From: a virus
Lineage: Duplodnaviria > Heunggongvirae > Uroviricota > Caudoviricetes
Direction: 5' to 3' (one strand)
Virus record (IMG/VR): IMGVR_UViG_2861069343_000001
DNA length: 64,000 nt
Part shown: positions 1-9,905 of the stretch, piece by piece
Layout of the letters: each line of letters begins with the position of its first letter
Position numbering within the stretch: position 1 is the first letter of the stretch
Translations under genes and position numbers: made by a program
Notes under the pieces: model-generated
What the model was told of the DNA's origin: nothing
Seen by the model: the letters and a program-made list of their open reading frames with translations, nothing else
The model's database searches: none

Positions 1-575
1 TCAAGGAATTAAAATTAAAACACAATCTAAAACCTGATTTCGAAATCAAGTGGACTAAAGTATCTGCGTCCAAAGTTGAATTTTACTTAGATGTCGTAGA
101 TTACTTCTTCAGCAACCCAGCATTGCGCTTTAGAGGTGTTGTTGTTCCTGATAAAGAGCAACTGGACCATGCTCGATTCCATCAAGATCATAATACTTTC
201 TATTATAAGATGTTTTTTTATGTCTTAAAAAACATAATAGAAAGTAACAACACATACAATATCTACCTAGATATAAAAGATACTTTAGGTATTGAAAAAA
301 TTGAGAAATTAAGAGGGGTTCTTCACAATGATCGCTATGATTACAATCATGAGTCGATAAACAGAATTCAACATATACGATCTCATGAAGTGCAACAATT
401 GCAGCTAACGGATCTTTTCATTGGTGCGTTAGGCTACGTTCATCGAGGAATGAATAGCAACGCGGGAAAAATCCAAGTCATAAACAGGATAAAATCACAT
501 ACAAACAGGGAGTTACTAAAAAGCACTCTTCCAACAGAAAGTAAATTTAATATTTTCGTGTGGGAGGCTCGCTGA
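1..575 (+). CDS. hypothetical protein, 5' end outside window; possibly DUF3800-like
   Basis: Reading frame is open from the window edge to the stop at 573-575; AT-rich; C-terminal QLQLTDLFIGAL segment resembles the DUF3800 C-terminal motif as I recall it (weak, by eye). Confidence 0.4.
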   Translation, partial: KELKLKHNLKPDFEIKWTKVSASKVEFYLDVVDYFFSNPALRFRGVVVPDKEQLDHARFHQDHNTFYYKMFFYVLKNIIESNNTYNIYLDIKDTLGIEKIEKLRGVLHNDRYDYNHESINRIQHIRSHEVQQLQLTDLFIGALGYVHRGMNSNAGKIQVINRIKSHTNRELLKSTLPTESKFNIFVWEAR

Positions 576-1039
576 TGCTTCAAATGCCAGATTTATTGTA
601 CTTCAATGGAAGTTGGCAAGAGTATATAGACGATGTATATGATGTTGTCAGAGAAGACATTTTAATCTCTAATATAACGTTTAAGGGTCTCCCTGTTCGA
701 TTACGTTATTCACCGGAATATGATGGGAAAGAGTTCGGATTTTGGCATTTAGTATCAGAGGGAAAAAAAGAAGAAGAACGTATACCCGATCTTGAACGGT
801 GCAAGCGAATTCGCTGGATCGCGCATATGATAAGGAATTATAACCATTGCGATATATCATGTTGGTCTGAAAGACGAGGACCAACTGAAGAGTGGGTAAT
901 CTGGAATGAGTGTGAAAACTACGTTGTTGTGCTATCCGCACGTAGAGACTATTGGCTTCTCAAAACAGCCTATGTTGTAACCTATGACAGTAAAATCAGA
1001 ACACTCAAACAAAGCAGAAAAAGAGCACTTGGGACATAA
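575..1039 (+). CDS. hypothetical protein
   Basis: ATG at 575 overlaps the upstream stop (ATGA-type coupling); AT-rich ORF; no recognisable motif. Confidence 0.4.
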   Translation: MLQMPDLLYFNGSWQEYIDDVYDVVREDILISNITFKGLPVRLRYSPEYDGKEFGFWHLVSEGKKEEERIPDLERCKRIRWIAHMIRNYNHCDISCWSERRGPTEEWVIWNECENYVVVLSARRDYWLLKTAYVVTYDSKIRTLKQSRKRALGT

Positions 1040-1205
1040 AAAAGCTGAACCCGACACATATTGCTATGTATCGGGTTCGATCGCTCTTTCTACACATGGT
1101 AGATGAGTAAGGCAAATCTAACCGATCTACTTTAGCTTTTCAATAGCTAGCTATAACTTTCCGCATATATTCTTCTGATAATTCCTGGAGAGCGGTTGGG
1201 TTTTC

Positions 1206-1502
1206 TCATGCTTTTCTGCGCAGAGAAGCACACTTATTCAGCAATAATAAATGCAATTCTTTGTTATCACTAAGTATTTCTACACACCAATATCGTAACG
1301 TGTTCACTTCAAGTGTAGCCAGCACCTTATGTCGAAAAGCCCCCTCCCCTACACATAACGATGGCTGACATTCTGCTAAGGCACATAACCATGTATTGGC
1401 ATCATAGAGAACCCAATAATGCTCATCTGAAATAGTTATGCATCCAATTATTTCGAATCTTCTTTCTATCGTCTCAGGAGAGTATGAAAAATCAATTTCC
1501 AT
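1206..1502 (-). CDS. hypothetical protein
   Basis: 98-aa ORF on the opposite strand in the same AT-rich block; no motif recognised. Confidence 0.3.
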   Translation of the reverse strand: MEIDFSYSPETIERRFEIIGCITISDEHYWVLYDANTWLCALAECQPSLCVGEGAFRHKVLATLEVNTLRYWCVEILSDNKELHLLLLNKCASLRRKA

Positions 1503-1540
1503 AACATGCTCAAAATCTATCTATACCGGCATAATTTAAG

Positions 1541-1568
1541 CACAAAAAAGCTCCCGAAGGAGCTTTAA
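1541..1568 (-). terminator. intrinsic terminator downstream of the tail tube gene
   Basis: Hairpin agctccttcgggagct (GC stem, tetraloop-like) followed by a T-run on the minus strand immediately after the 1586 gene end. Confidence 0.6.
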
Positions 1569-1585
1569 AATACAAGGGATGACTC

Positions 1586-2095
1586 TTAATCCCACTCAAT
1601 CCAGTTGTAAACGATACGAAGTGACGGGCGCACAGCGGCAGTCACATCTTCGGTACTAAAGTCGATTGCATCACTGTAGATTTTGCAGTCCAACATTTCA
1701 ATTGTTGTAGCAGCTTTTGTCACAGCGTTAACCCCGGAAGATTTGGATTCAGGGGTCGCAGCCATCGTGATATCAACATAGTCCTTCGCCGCAATGCGAT
1801 CTTTAATGAACTGAAGAATATCGCCTTCGATAGTCTCCACGCACTGGACCTGGATTTCCCCAGAGTTTCGAATTGGACCGTGCTGGTTGAACTTCACACC
1901 ATTCGGACCATAGTCCTCCACATCCTCGCGGGTCATTTCAGGAATTTGCGACGTGCGAACCAGTACGCTGATATCTTCATGGCCTGCAAAAGTGAGCTGG
2001 AATTCAGAAGATACCAGTCGTTCGCCTTTGGCCGCGTTGGCAGTATAGCGGCCCTTAATAAATTTACGGTTTCCCTTAGTGTTATTGTGCCCCAT
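1586..2095 (-). CDS. tail tube protein (T4 gp19-like family)
   Basis: 169 aa; N-terminal FQLTF and C-terminal ...YNWIEWD pattern resemble contractile-tail tube proteins; last gene of a minus-strand structural operon. Confidence 0.5.
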   Translation of the reverse strand: MGHNNTKGNRKFIKGRYTANAAKGERLVSSEFQLTFAGHEDISVLVRTSQIPEMTREDVEDYGPNGVKFNQHGPIRNSGEIQVQCVETIEGDILQFIKDRIAAKDYVDITMAATPESKSSGVNAVTKAATTIEMLDCKIYSDAIDFSTEDVTAAVRPSLRIVYNWIEWD

Positions 2096-2106
2096 ATAAA
2101 ATCCTT

Positions 2107-2688
2107 TTACTGGAACGCCCGAACAATATCGGAGCTGTTATATATCGAAGAACCGGTCAACTGGAGGTTGACGGTGTTTTTCAGGAAATGCCCATTGCTG
2201 TCCCTGGGTGCATCGAGATCGAAACTTATGTCCTGGATAGCGACATCAATGATGTTGATCCGGCGACCAATGTTTAGCGTCACACGCTCCGGGATTCGAC
2301 CACCAATACTGGCATCTTTAAGTTCCGGGCTAATCATCGCTGACAATGCGGCGATAGCTCCTGAAACCTCCGTGAATGGGTCAAACAAAGCGATGAAAGT
2401 TACTGGCAGCGTGAAAGTCGGCGGTGTTCCCCCCTCCCAAACCATTAAGCTGTTCCAACGGGCCACCGACGTTGTTTCAGTACCAACCTGCGCAAAACCA
2501 CTGAAAGCACCAGCAACAGACCCCATGGACATACCGGTAAACGGCGCTTCCCAATTCTGGGCCATGTTCATTGCTGCCCCCTGGCTGATATATCCGGTAA
2601 CCTGGTACTGAGAGTTCGTTAAAGTAACTTTCAGAAATGGCGATACACCATCAGCCTGGCTGTAAACCCCATAAGGTATAGGTGCCAT
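2107..2688 (-). CDS. phage structural protein, unknown role
   Basis: 193-aa ORF tightly packed between tube and upstream structural genes. Confidence 0.45.
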   Translation of the reverse strand: MAPIPYGVYSQADGVSPFLKVTLTNSQYQVTGYISQGAAMNMAQNWEAPFTGMSMGSVAGAFSGFAQVGTETTSVARWNSLMVWEGGTPPTFTLPVTFIALFDPFTEVSGAIAALSAMISPELKDASIGGRIPERVTLNIGRRINIIDVAIQDISFDLDAPRDSNGHFLKNTVNLQLTGSSIYNSSDIVRAFQ

Positions 2689-2723
2689 TCAAGTTAAAGG
2701 CCGGAGTTCTCCGGCCTCCTCCT

Positions 2724-3539
2724 TTAGCCAAGGCGCTTACGGCGCAGTTTCATTGACTTTTTGCGGGCAAGTTTTGCCGCGCCGGTCTGGGCTTTTCGAC
2801 GCGCTTTTTTCAGCGCCGATTTTTGAGCCGCAGTCAGACGTTTTTTCCGCAGGCGTTTACGGATGAGTTTGATCTCACCGTTACGAACAACCTTCTTAAA
2901 TGCTTCAGTCAGCATTTCATCAGAAGTGCCAGCAACAACAAACGCCGCTTCCAGTTCATCACGGTCGTCGCTATCTAAACCAGCGATAGAGGCACCAACA
3001 TCAGCAGCTGCGTCGTCGTCTTCATCGTCAGCCAGTGCTTCGATCAGGTCATCATCTACACCGCATGCTGCGAGGAAGTCAGCAACATTTGCCCATGCTT
3101 CGTTATAGGCATCGTCCTGTTCTTCTGTAACTTCGGAGTCGTCGTCATCAGAGATACCAGCGATAGCCTGAACGAAACCATCAAGGGAGTCGAAAGTCAG
3201 ATCACCGCTATCAGCCCAGGAGAAAACGGCGTCGGCCGCATCACTCAACGCATTCTGCATAGCACTTCGATTTGCAGCTTCCAGAATCATCTGGTGCGCC
3301 TGTTCGACGGTCCATTCTTTACCGTCTTTCCCTTCCAGGATTTGCTCTGGAGCCGGGGCAGATGGAACGTTATCGTTAGTCTGTGCCGCCGGTTCCGGAT
3401 TATTATTAATAACCGGATCTGTTGGCGGTTCGGCGCTTGCTCGGGCAGACTCCATCAGCTGCACAGGATCAGAGTTCAAAGCGAAACGGGACAGTCCATT
3501 CCCCAAAAATGCCCCGGATTGAAAAAAGTTTTTGCTCAT
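2724..3539 (-). CDS. acidic protein with strongly basic C-terminal tail
   Basis: 271 aa; long D/E-rich core followed by a K/R-rich C-terminus (KRLRKKRLTAAQKSALKKARRK...); sits in the structural operon. Confidence 0.5.
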   Translation of the reverse strand: MSKNFFQSGAFLGNGLSRFALNSDPVQLMESARASAEPPTDPVINNNPEPAAQTNDNVPSAPAPEQILEGKDGKEWTVEQAHQMILEAANRSAMQNALSDAADAVFSWADSGDLTFDSLDGFVQAIAGISDDDDSEVTEEQDDAYNEAWANVADFLAACGVDDDLIEALADDEDDDAAADVGASIAGLDSDDRDELEAAFVVAGTSDEMLTEAFKKVVRNGEIKLIRKRLRKKRLTAAQKSALKKARRKAQTGAAKLARKKSMKLRRKRLG

Positions 3540-3548
3540 TGTATTCCC

Positions 3549-5138
3549 TTACTTAATAAGCAGCGGTACGCCCTGGATACGACGGGCTACGCCAGTCGGG
3601 CAGCAGGCCCAGACTACTTCCCATTTATCGAATTCCGCCTGCGTAACTTTCAGCACATACGGTTCTGTACCGTCAGCATCGGGATCACGAGGAGCCACCA
3701 GAGCGCCGGAGGCGACAAAGCGATCTAAAAGTTTGGTCATCCCTTTAGTCAGGCCAGCCGCAGTAATACCGTCCGGGCTATGCTTCATCTGTCGGGCTAA
3801 CTGGACAAAGAAACGGCTGATTGCATTCATCAGGGATGGGACGTGCTGGAAGTGCAGATAGTTATCCTGCGTGCAGCAAGTTAAAGCATCGTCGATGATC
3901 ATCTGGCCAGAGGTGCCAACAGATACTTTATTGAGACGGCCCTTGACCATTGCTTCTTCGTCCGGGGTATCTTCCGGATACAGCGGTTGAATTGACGCAC
4001 GAGCAATGACGGCACGTTCTTCACCAGCCGGTGAGTAATGCCAACCGCCGACATCAGAGTTTTTCTTGACGCCACGAGCTTTCGCCGCATACGCCGCGCC
4101 AGACAGACCGAAGACCACACGGGATTGGGTCCATTTGTCTTTGCAGGAGAACGGGTAGTGATAGACAGAACAGCTTACATAATCGGTACCAAGTAAACCG
4201 GTACCCTCAACAGCTGTTAGTGCTTCTGCGTACCTTAATGTCGGTTTGACATCAAAGAAGCCATCAATCAGGCGATCTGCACAGATTTTACCTAATGCGG
4301 TGATAGCCGCATTGTCATAGCAGCCCAGGCCAAGAACAGCGGTGTACATGTACGGCGCATTGTTCAGCACTTTCACCGCACGCAGGTACGCAGCGGTTGA
4401 GATTTTCGACTGATCACCGTTGGTACCACCAGTGAACGCCAACGATTTTTTGTTTGTTACTTTCGCTGTAGAAATCAGATCTTCATTAACAACCGCGCGC
4501 AGATATTTAGAACGAGCTTCCAGAGCCGTAGGCAGATAACACAAGCGGCCCATGTCATCTTTCGCTTCTTCCGCCAAAGACACAGTGTGTGTCTCCAGGG
4601 TCGTTACCACACCAAGCGAAGTCGTCTGGGTCAGTTTTAAGATGAAGCGTTCATTACTCGCGCTGTCCGCTGTTGCCGTTTCGATGGTTAACTCACGGGT
4701 AGGTGAAATACACGGATCACCATCATCAACGTAGATAGCAAAGGCTTCGCCGCTATCAAGTTCAATTTCAGAACCGTATGGCAACGCACTGTAAGCCGGT
4801 TCGCCTGATTCATCGAACATAATAATCGGGAACTTCGCATCATCCGGAACAGCACGGACAACATAACCAGACGTTTGCTGAATAGCTTCGTACACATGGC
4901 GAATTGGTTCGAACTGTGAGCCGGAAGACGGCTTCAGCGGTTCGCCGAGAACATCTTCGTAATTGGACTCAGTAACCGCAAGAACAGTAAACGGCTTGCC
5001 ACGCGCAAATACGCCAATACCAGCCCATAAGCTGCTATTTAATGCAACACCGGTAGATAACGTCGCATCGGCATTGATCGGGCTAACCGCGACGCTGGAT
5101 GCATTACCTAATGACTGTTGAATTGAATATTGAGACAT
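3549..5138 (-). CDS. contractile tail sheath protein-like
   Basis: 529 aa; N-terminal GVFARGKPF...LGEP and internal GGWHYSP segments resemble sheath proteins of P2/Mu-type myoviruses; tube gene downstream. Confidence 0.5.
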   Translation of the reverse strand: MSQYSIQQSLGNASSVAVSPINADATLSTGVALNSSLWAGIGVFARGKPFTVLAVTESNYEDVLGEPLKPSSGSQFEPIRHVYEAIQQTSGYVVRAVPDDAKFPIIMFDESGEPAYSALPYGSEIELDSGEAFAIYVDDGDPCISPTRELTIETATADSASNERFILKLTQTTSLGVVTTLETHTVSLAEEAKDDMGRLCYLPTALEARSKYLRAVVNEDLISTAKVTNKKSLAFTGGTNGDQSKISTAAYLRAVKVLNNAPYMYTAVLGLGCYDNAAITALGKICADRLIDGFFDVKPTLRYAEALTAVEGTGLLGTDYVSCSVYHYPFSCKDKWTQSRVVFGLSGAAYAAKARGVKKNSDVGGWHYSPAGEERAVIARASIQPLYPEDTPDEEAMVKGRLNKVSVGTSGQMIIDDALTCCTQDNYLHFQHVPSLMNAISRFFVQLARQMKHSPDGITAAGLTKGMTKLLDRFVASGALVAPRDPDADGTEPYVLKVTQAEFDKWEVVWACCPTGVARRIQGVPLLIK

Positions 5139-5198
5139 AACTTTCCCTGTTATGCGCCCCGCACGGGGGCGCTATGTTAAACGGAGAACTTCCCGTGC

Positions 5199-6926
5199 TT
5201 ACTCAGAGTCACCGGCATCAATCATGTTACCGGTCAGGAAGTTAATTCCGCCATTTTTGGCCATAGTCAGAGTTACACGCGTGAAGTAGTCAGCGCCGTT
5301 ACGTGGGTGCATATCGTTGATAGCCGAACCCCACAGAGTGGTTCGGTTGACTAGTGCCGGGGTGGTCGGATGCTGGAATGGGACAGCCGGGACTGCATCA
5401 CCAGTTACGAAGCCCGCTTTGCCCGGATTTTCATCACGGACGTAGCACAGCACATCCATTGGGCTGAACTGGATACCGTCGGCGGTCAGGTTCGTACAAA
5501 TACCTTCTGGTACTTCGAACACTTTGACGTTGCCGAACAGAGTGCCAATGTAGTGGACGTATGGGGTCTGGATGTAATCTTCTGCTGGCTGGAAGAAATC
5601 CTTCGGCAATTGTTTGAAGAAAGATGCCGCATCAGCACCGGCATACATCCCCATCGCACCAGAAGATTTAATACGCTCAATAATACCGCGATATACCGTC
5701 TGGAATTTGCCTCGAATGATGGTTGCCCACACATCAAAGGACTGGTTAGCTGGCAGTGCAATATCAAAGGAGTCGGTCGCAAGAGTTCGCCAAATCATGA
5801 TACGAAGACGAAGCATATCTTGCTCATGGGACAGGTATTCCTTCAGGGTGCGGAACTGTAGGGAGCCAAGATCCAGACCAAATTCACGCTGTGCTTCATA
5901 CGCCGCCTGTACCGTGTGCTCAGCCGCGATGACGAACTGGTTTGGGAACAGGGTGTAACTCTTCATTTCGTGGTTGATAAGTGGGATCAGCTCAGGAGCT
6001 GCTTCTATATTGATCTCCACCTCAATGGCGATCTCAGTGCCTTTATCCGGCGCTTTGGAGAACGACAGGGCAATCTGACCAACGTTGTAATTCAAAGAGC
6101 AAGTAACAGTGATTTGTTCGCCTGCTTTGTTATTGAATGTGTGAAGCAGAGTGCCGGAGCCGTTATCAACAACAGACTTAATACGGTTAACGTAGATGTT
6201 TGTGCGACCTTTGCGAATCGGGACATTCTGACCTTCGACATCTTCCATCTTGAAGGTTGCAGTTTTGCTGGTGCCGTCGGAGCTTGCAACCAGCACATAG
6301 CGGCGGCGCAACTGGCTGTACACGCCAACGGATTGCATGTCCAGAACATCACCAATAGCATAAGAGCCAAAAGAAGAACCCGCTACGTTAAAGATTTCAT
6401 AGATTTCGGACTTGTCACGCGTAACCGGAATGAATGTACACGCATCAGCGGTAGCTGCCCCCAACTGAACAGGCAGGATCATCGCCAGGAATAAAGGCAG
6501 ACGCATAACCCCGTCAGAAACACTCATCATCTCTGCCGCGACTGATTCCAGCATCGCTTTATTGGTGGCATCCATGCTATTGCGGGTGGACTCAATCAGG
6601 CAGTTTTCCAGCGTCTGGTGGCAGGAGGCCAGAATTTCCGGACGTGGCATAGATTTATGTGTTGCGGCGTAGTCAGCCAGTGCACTTGCCCACGCTGTAG
6701 CGATTTGAGCGGTGGCATTATCAGAGATACCCGCAAAAATTGGGTCTTTACGTGCAGCTTCAAGGATAGATGCGGCACGCGCGGCATCATCTTTAATGAA
6801 TTGGTTATCAGTACCGAACTGCGCAGTGCTTGCCCAGCCAAGCACAGCTTTAGAGCGTTTTGCGATATCTGCAATACGATTCTGGTATTCGCGTAAGTTA
6901 CTCAATTTACTCTTCCTTAAACACAA
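5199..6926 (-). CDS. large late structural protein (candidate P1 gp23-like head protein)
   Basis: 575 aa; first gene of the minus-strand structural operon, adjacent to parS as I recall for P1 gene 23; assignment by position and size only. Confidence 0.4.
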   Translation of the reverse strand: MCLRKSKLSNLREYQNRIADIAKRSKAVLGWASTAQFGTDNQFIKDDAARAASILEAARKDPIFAGISDNATAQIATAWASALADYAATHKSMPRPEILASCHQTLENCLIESTRNSMDATNKAMLESVAAEMMSVSDGVMRLPLFLAMILPVQLGAATADACTFIPVTRDKSEIYEIFNVAGSSFGSYAIGDVLDMQSVGVYSQLRRRYVLVASSDGTSKTATFKMEDVEGQNVPIRKGRTNIYVNRIKSVVDNGSGTLLHTFNNKAGEQITVTCSLNYNVGQIALSFSKAPDKGTEIAIEVEINIEAAPELIPLINHEMKSYTLFPNQFVIAAEHTVQAAYEAQREFGLDLGSLQFRTLKEYLSHEQDMLRLRIMIWRTLATDSFDIALPANQSFDVWATIIRGKFQTVYRGIIERIKSSGAMGMYAGADAASFFKQLPKDFFQPAEDYIQTPYVHYIGTLFGNVKVFEVPEGICTNLTADGIQFSPMDVLCYVRDENPGKAGFVTGDAVPAVPFQHPTTPALVNRTTLWGSAINDMHPRNGADYFTRVTLTMAKNGGINFLTGNMIDAGDSE

Positions 6927-6989
6927 GGCACTTGTGTGAATCCCTTTTCGGAAGAGATTTTATTGAAAGTCACTTGTTGACTTTCTCGT

Positions 6990-7130
6990 GACAAGCAATT
7001 TTTTTATTTTTTTCGGGAGTAGGGGAGGAAGGTAAAATCCAAGGTGAAATCGTGGCGATTTCACCTTGAAATTTTAGATGGATTTACTTTAAAAACAGTA
7101 GGTTAATAGTGGAATTTGAATGGCGAAAGT
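6990..7130. other. parS: parS-like partition site (centromere)
   Basis: Perfect inverted repeat gtgaaatcg-tgg-cgatttcac at 7044-7064 containing heptamer ATTTCAC/GTGAAAT and hexamer TCGCCA/TGGCGA boxes, with a further tggcga nearby; immediately downstream of parB. Confidence 0.6.
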
Positions 7131-8132
7131 TTAAGGCTTCGGCTTTTTATCGAGGCTCTTTCTAAGGATATGCCCAATCATCCTGTCGAGTTCTTCCTGT
7201 AGCTCTTTTGAAAGTCGATTAAACTCATAAGAAAATGCACGGCCTTTCACGCGCTTCCTTGCAAAGCGATCCTTGTCCTCAAATTTCCATAATTCAGTAA
7301 CTACGGACTTATCTTTAGAACCTTTATCCGTGAGTAGTGAGGCTTCCTTTGTTATCAAGCGCAGGATTTTATTTTTAACTTCATCTTCGGCCATTTCTTC
7401 AATGGATAAGATGTCGTTTATTTCCGGGGATATGTTTTGAATAAGCTGATCAAACTCTAAATTCTTGTTCCCCATTTCGTCGCCAACAGCACAAAGCGTT
7501 TTGTAGTCCGAAAAGGTTAATTCCGACTGCACAGGGAAAAGGGCGACTAATTCTTCCGGAGCACTCGCTGCCTGGAGAGCACGCGTGACTTTCGCCTGAG
7601 ACAGCCCTTCCTTGGCTGCAATATCCTTCTGACTCATCCCATCATTTTTCATTCGCATCAAACGCAGACCTATTTCTCGAATGCTGTGCTGCAATGCTGT
7701 CTGAACGTCTTTCGCTAAATTTTGCGCTTCCTGAACGTTGATCTCCTGGTCCGTGACTAAAACCCGCAACCCTACGTTCTCTAAGATGGCAGAAGCTCGA
7801 CGCCGGGAACCATCCAAAATTTCAATTTTCCCTGTAGCCCGTCTAACACCTATTGCAGGGTAAAATTGCTGATGCTTAATAGTGCTTCGGATACTTTTTA
7901 ATGATTTTGGCGTAAGAGATGCCTGGTCACGCCCGTTGTTATGCTGATCAACAAAGGTATCGCTTTCTACCTGGTTCGGAGGTATTACCTCTTCAATAAA
8001 TGTGGCCTGGCGACCAGTTGATAACTTGAATACCTGCTCGACTCGATCGCCAGAGGATGAAGAACTATCAAATCCGCTTAATATTGAAGGATTAAGGGTT
8101 CGCCCAATTGTTGGTCTGTTTTTCTTTGACAT
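7131..8132 (-). CDS. parB: partition protein ParB
   Basis: 333 aa, directly downstream of a Walker-type ParA and upstream of the parS-like site; size matches P1 ParB as I recall. Confidence 0.85.
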   Translation of the reverse strand: MSKKNRPTIGRTLNPSILSGFDSSSSSGDRVEQVFKLSTGRQATFIEEVIPPNQVESDTFVDQHNNGRDQASLTPKSLKSIRSTIKHQQFYPAIGVRRATGKIEILDGSRRRASAILENVGLRVLVTDQEINVQEAQNLAKDVQTALQHSIREIGLRLMRMKNDGMSQKDIAAKEGLSQAKVTRALQAASAPEELVALFPVQSELTFSDYKTLCAVGDEMGNKNLEFDQLIQNISPEINDILSIEEMAEDEVKNKILRLITKEASLLTDKGSKDKSVVTELWKFEDKDRFARKRVKGRAFSYEFNRLSKELQEELDRMIGHILRKSLDKKPKP

Positions 8133-8148
8133 GGGGGTTTCTTACTCC

Positions 8149-9345
8149 TCAGTTAGATCTGATAAATTCAATACGGTCAAAAACTGCTTTAGCAAAATCT
8201 TCCGCAGCAATTCGCGCGTTCTTCAATGCATCAGCACTACCAACATACGTTGCCGGGTTAGCTGAAATAACAGTGTCAAAAGACTCGCCGCAGCGTTCAA
8301 AACCGTCAAGGCGAGGGAGGACAACATCAAGCATATCCCCACCGAACACTTCTTTAGCCAGGCTATGGCAATACTTATGGTCTGCCTTGTTACTCAACTT
8401 GGACATAAAACCAATGTTAGTTGCAAGCTGACACTCGCAGCCTTCATCCGAAATGAGTTTCACCAACTCAGGAAGACGGGCAACGTATTTAAGCGATGAG
8501 TGGAAATCAACCGTTGCAGGCGGCAGAGGTGTAAACAATATATTGGCCGAGGCCAAAGCATTTTTCAGGAAGGCGTCAAGGTGAGGACCACTATCAACGA
8601 GGATAAAGTCATAATCGCTCTTCAGCTTATCAATCACATTTTCTTTCAGTACTGCATGGATGTTCTGACCCGGTAGATGCTCATTGCACAGCTCTCTCCA
8701 ATCGGATGCAATAAAGGCATCGTCAATCGACGCAGGCATAACGTCAACCCCAGGTACAACAGAAGGAACAATAAACTCCTCTAACAGCTCTTCACGGCTT
8801 ACATTCTGCAACATAGCCTGTGCAGATGTTGCGTTTACGATACCAATAGAGTGTTTATGGCTTAAAAACATCGTTGCTGAAGATTGCGGATCAAGGTCAA
8901 TAACCAGAATCCTTAAATCTTCCATCAGAAGATGAGGGTGAGCACGCATTGCATGCGCCAGAGAAACCGTCGATACAGTTTTTGACACACCGCCTTTAAG
9001 ATTGGAGATGAAAATCACATACGCTTCGCTGTAGCGATCCCGGTATTTTGGCACTCCGCGATGTTCATATATGTCGATGATGTTCTGAATTGACATCGCA
9101 TATTTCATTGAAGAGCCAGCAGGGCGTTTATCGAAAACATAACCCTTTTCTTCCATTTCACTTACGGCATAGTCAACGTTCGCACGAGTCAGTAGAGGCA
9201 ATTTTGCCAGTGCCGCTTTCGCATAGACCTGGTAAAACTCGTTCGCGTGTAGCTCATCCTTTTGCAACTGTACTTGTTCAGTCAGAACATTGAGCATTCT
9301 GTTTGCTCTTTGAGCAACCTTGTGAAGCTGGCTGGAATCACTCAT
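8149..9345 (-). CDS. parA: partition ATPase ParA
   Basis: 398 aa; deviant Walker A KGGVSKT visible; position between repA/iterons and parB. Confidence 0.9.
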   Translation of the reverse strand: MSDSSQLHKVAQRANRMLNVLTEQVQLQKDELHANEFYQVYAKAALAKLPLLTRANVDYAVSEMEEKGYVFDKRPAGSSMKYAMSIQNIIDIYEHRGVPKYRDRYSEAYVIFISNLKGGVSKTVSTVSLAHAMRAHPHLLMEDLRILVIDLDPQSSATMFLSHKHSIGIVNATSAQAMLQNVSREELLEEFIVPSVVPGVDVMPASIDDAFIASDWRELCNEHLPGQNIHAVLKENVIDKLKSDYDFILVDSGPHLDAFLKNALASANILFTPLPPATVDFHSSLKYVARLPELVKLISDEGCECQLATNIGFMSKLSNKADHKYCHSLAKEVFGGDMLDVVLPRLDGFERCGESFDTVISANPATYVGSADALKNARIAAEDFAKAVFDRIEFIRSN

Positions 9346-9360
9346 CGAAAGTCATCCTTT

Positions 9361-9400
9361 ATGCTGTATTTTTGAATTAAATTAAAAATGCTGCATAAAA
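9361..9400. promoter_or_regulatory. par operon promoter/operator with imperfect inverted repeat
   Basis: tatgctgtatttttgaatt / aaattaaaaatgctgcata imperfect palindrome immediately upstream of the parA start. Confidence 0.45.
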
Positions 9401-9589
9401 TAATAATGTATGCGCAGATGCTTGTACATAGCATTCTCTGCATGTTTACTCCTTTGCCAGGTGTGTCACAACATGCTTTGGCATCCTCCACGCATAAACG
9501 ACGCGGATTTCTTCTACGTTCAGGTTGTAGCCTGAATCATTTTGGTGATTTCCTGCTTCAACGGGCAGCAAGGCTTCACTCTCTATCAA

Positions 9590-9905
9590 CTGGTGAGAAC
9601 GGCTTGCCCGGCAGCATCGATGTGTGCTGGAGGGAGAATAAAAGTCTAAGATGTGCGATAGAGGGAAGTCGCATTGAATTATGTGCTGTGGAGGGATCGC
9701 TGGTATCAAATATGTGTGCTGGAGGGAAAGGCAGATAATTACATGTGCACTGGAGGGAAAAACGGGTGGACAGATGTGTGCTGGAGGGAAAGTCTTGGCA
9801 AACTGCGGGGCATCCCCCTCCAGCGCACATCAAAAACGGGAAATTAGACAAGCCTTCCCGGCAGCACACATTTTTTGAATGCAGCTGCCCTCCAGCGCAC
9901 ACTTA
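9590..9905. repeat. iteron array downstream of repA (incA-like copy-control locus)
   Basis: Repeated 19-bp units gATGTGTGCTGGAGGGAaa in both orientations (e.g. 9619-9635, about 9700, 9740, 9775, and inverted copies near 9820 and 9885). Confidence 0.8.

Noticed and set aside
5370-6494. Plus-strand ORFs of 114-192 aa inside the 575-aa structural gene
   Set aside because: Antisense to a long, well-supported minus-strand gene in a tightly packed operon; no start context
9388-9902. Several 60-116-aa ORFs on both strands, and a repeat pattern that could be mistaken for a CRISPR array
   Set aside because: The interval is an iteron array (19-bp repeats in both orientations with irregular spacing, next to repA); the ORFs are artefacts of the repeats and there are no cas genes or regular repeat-spacer units
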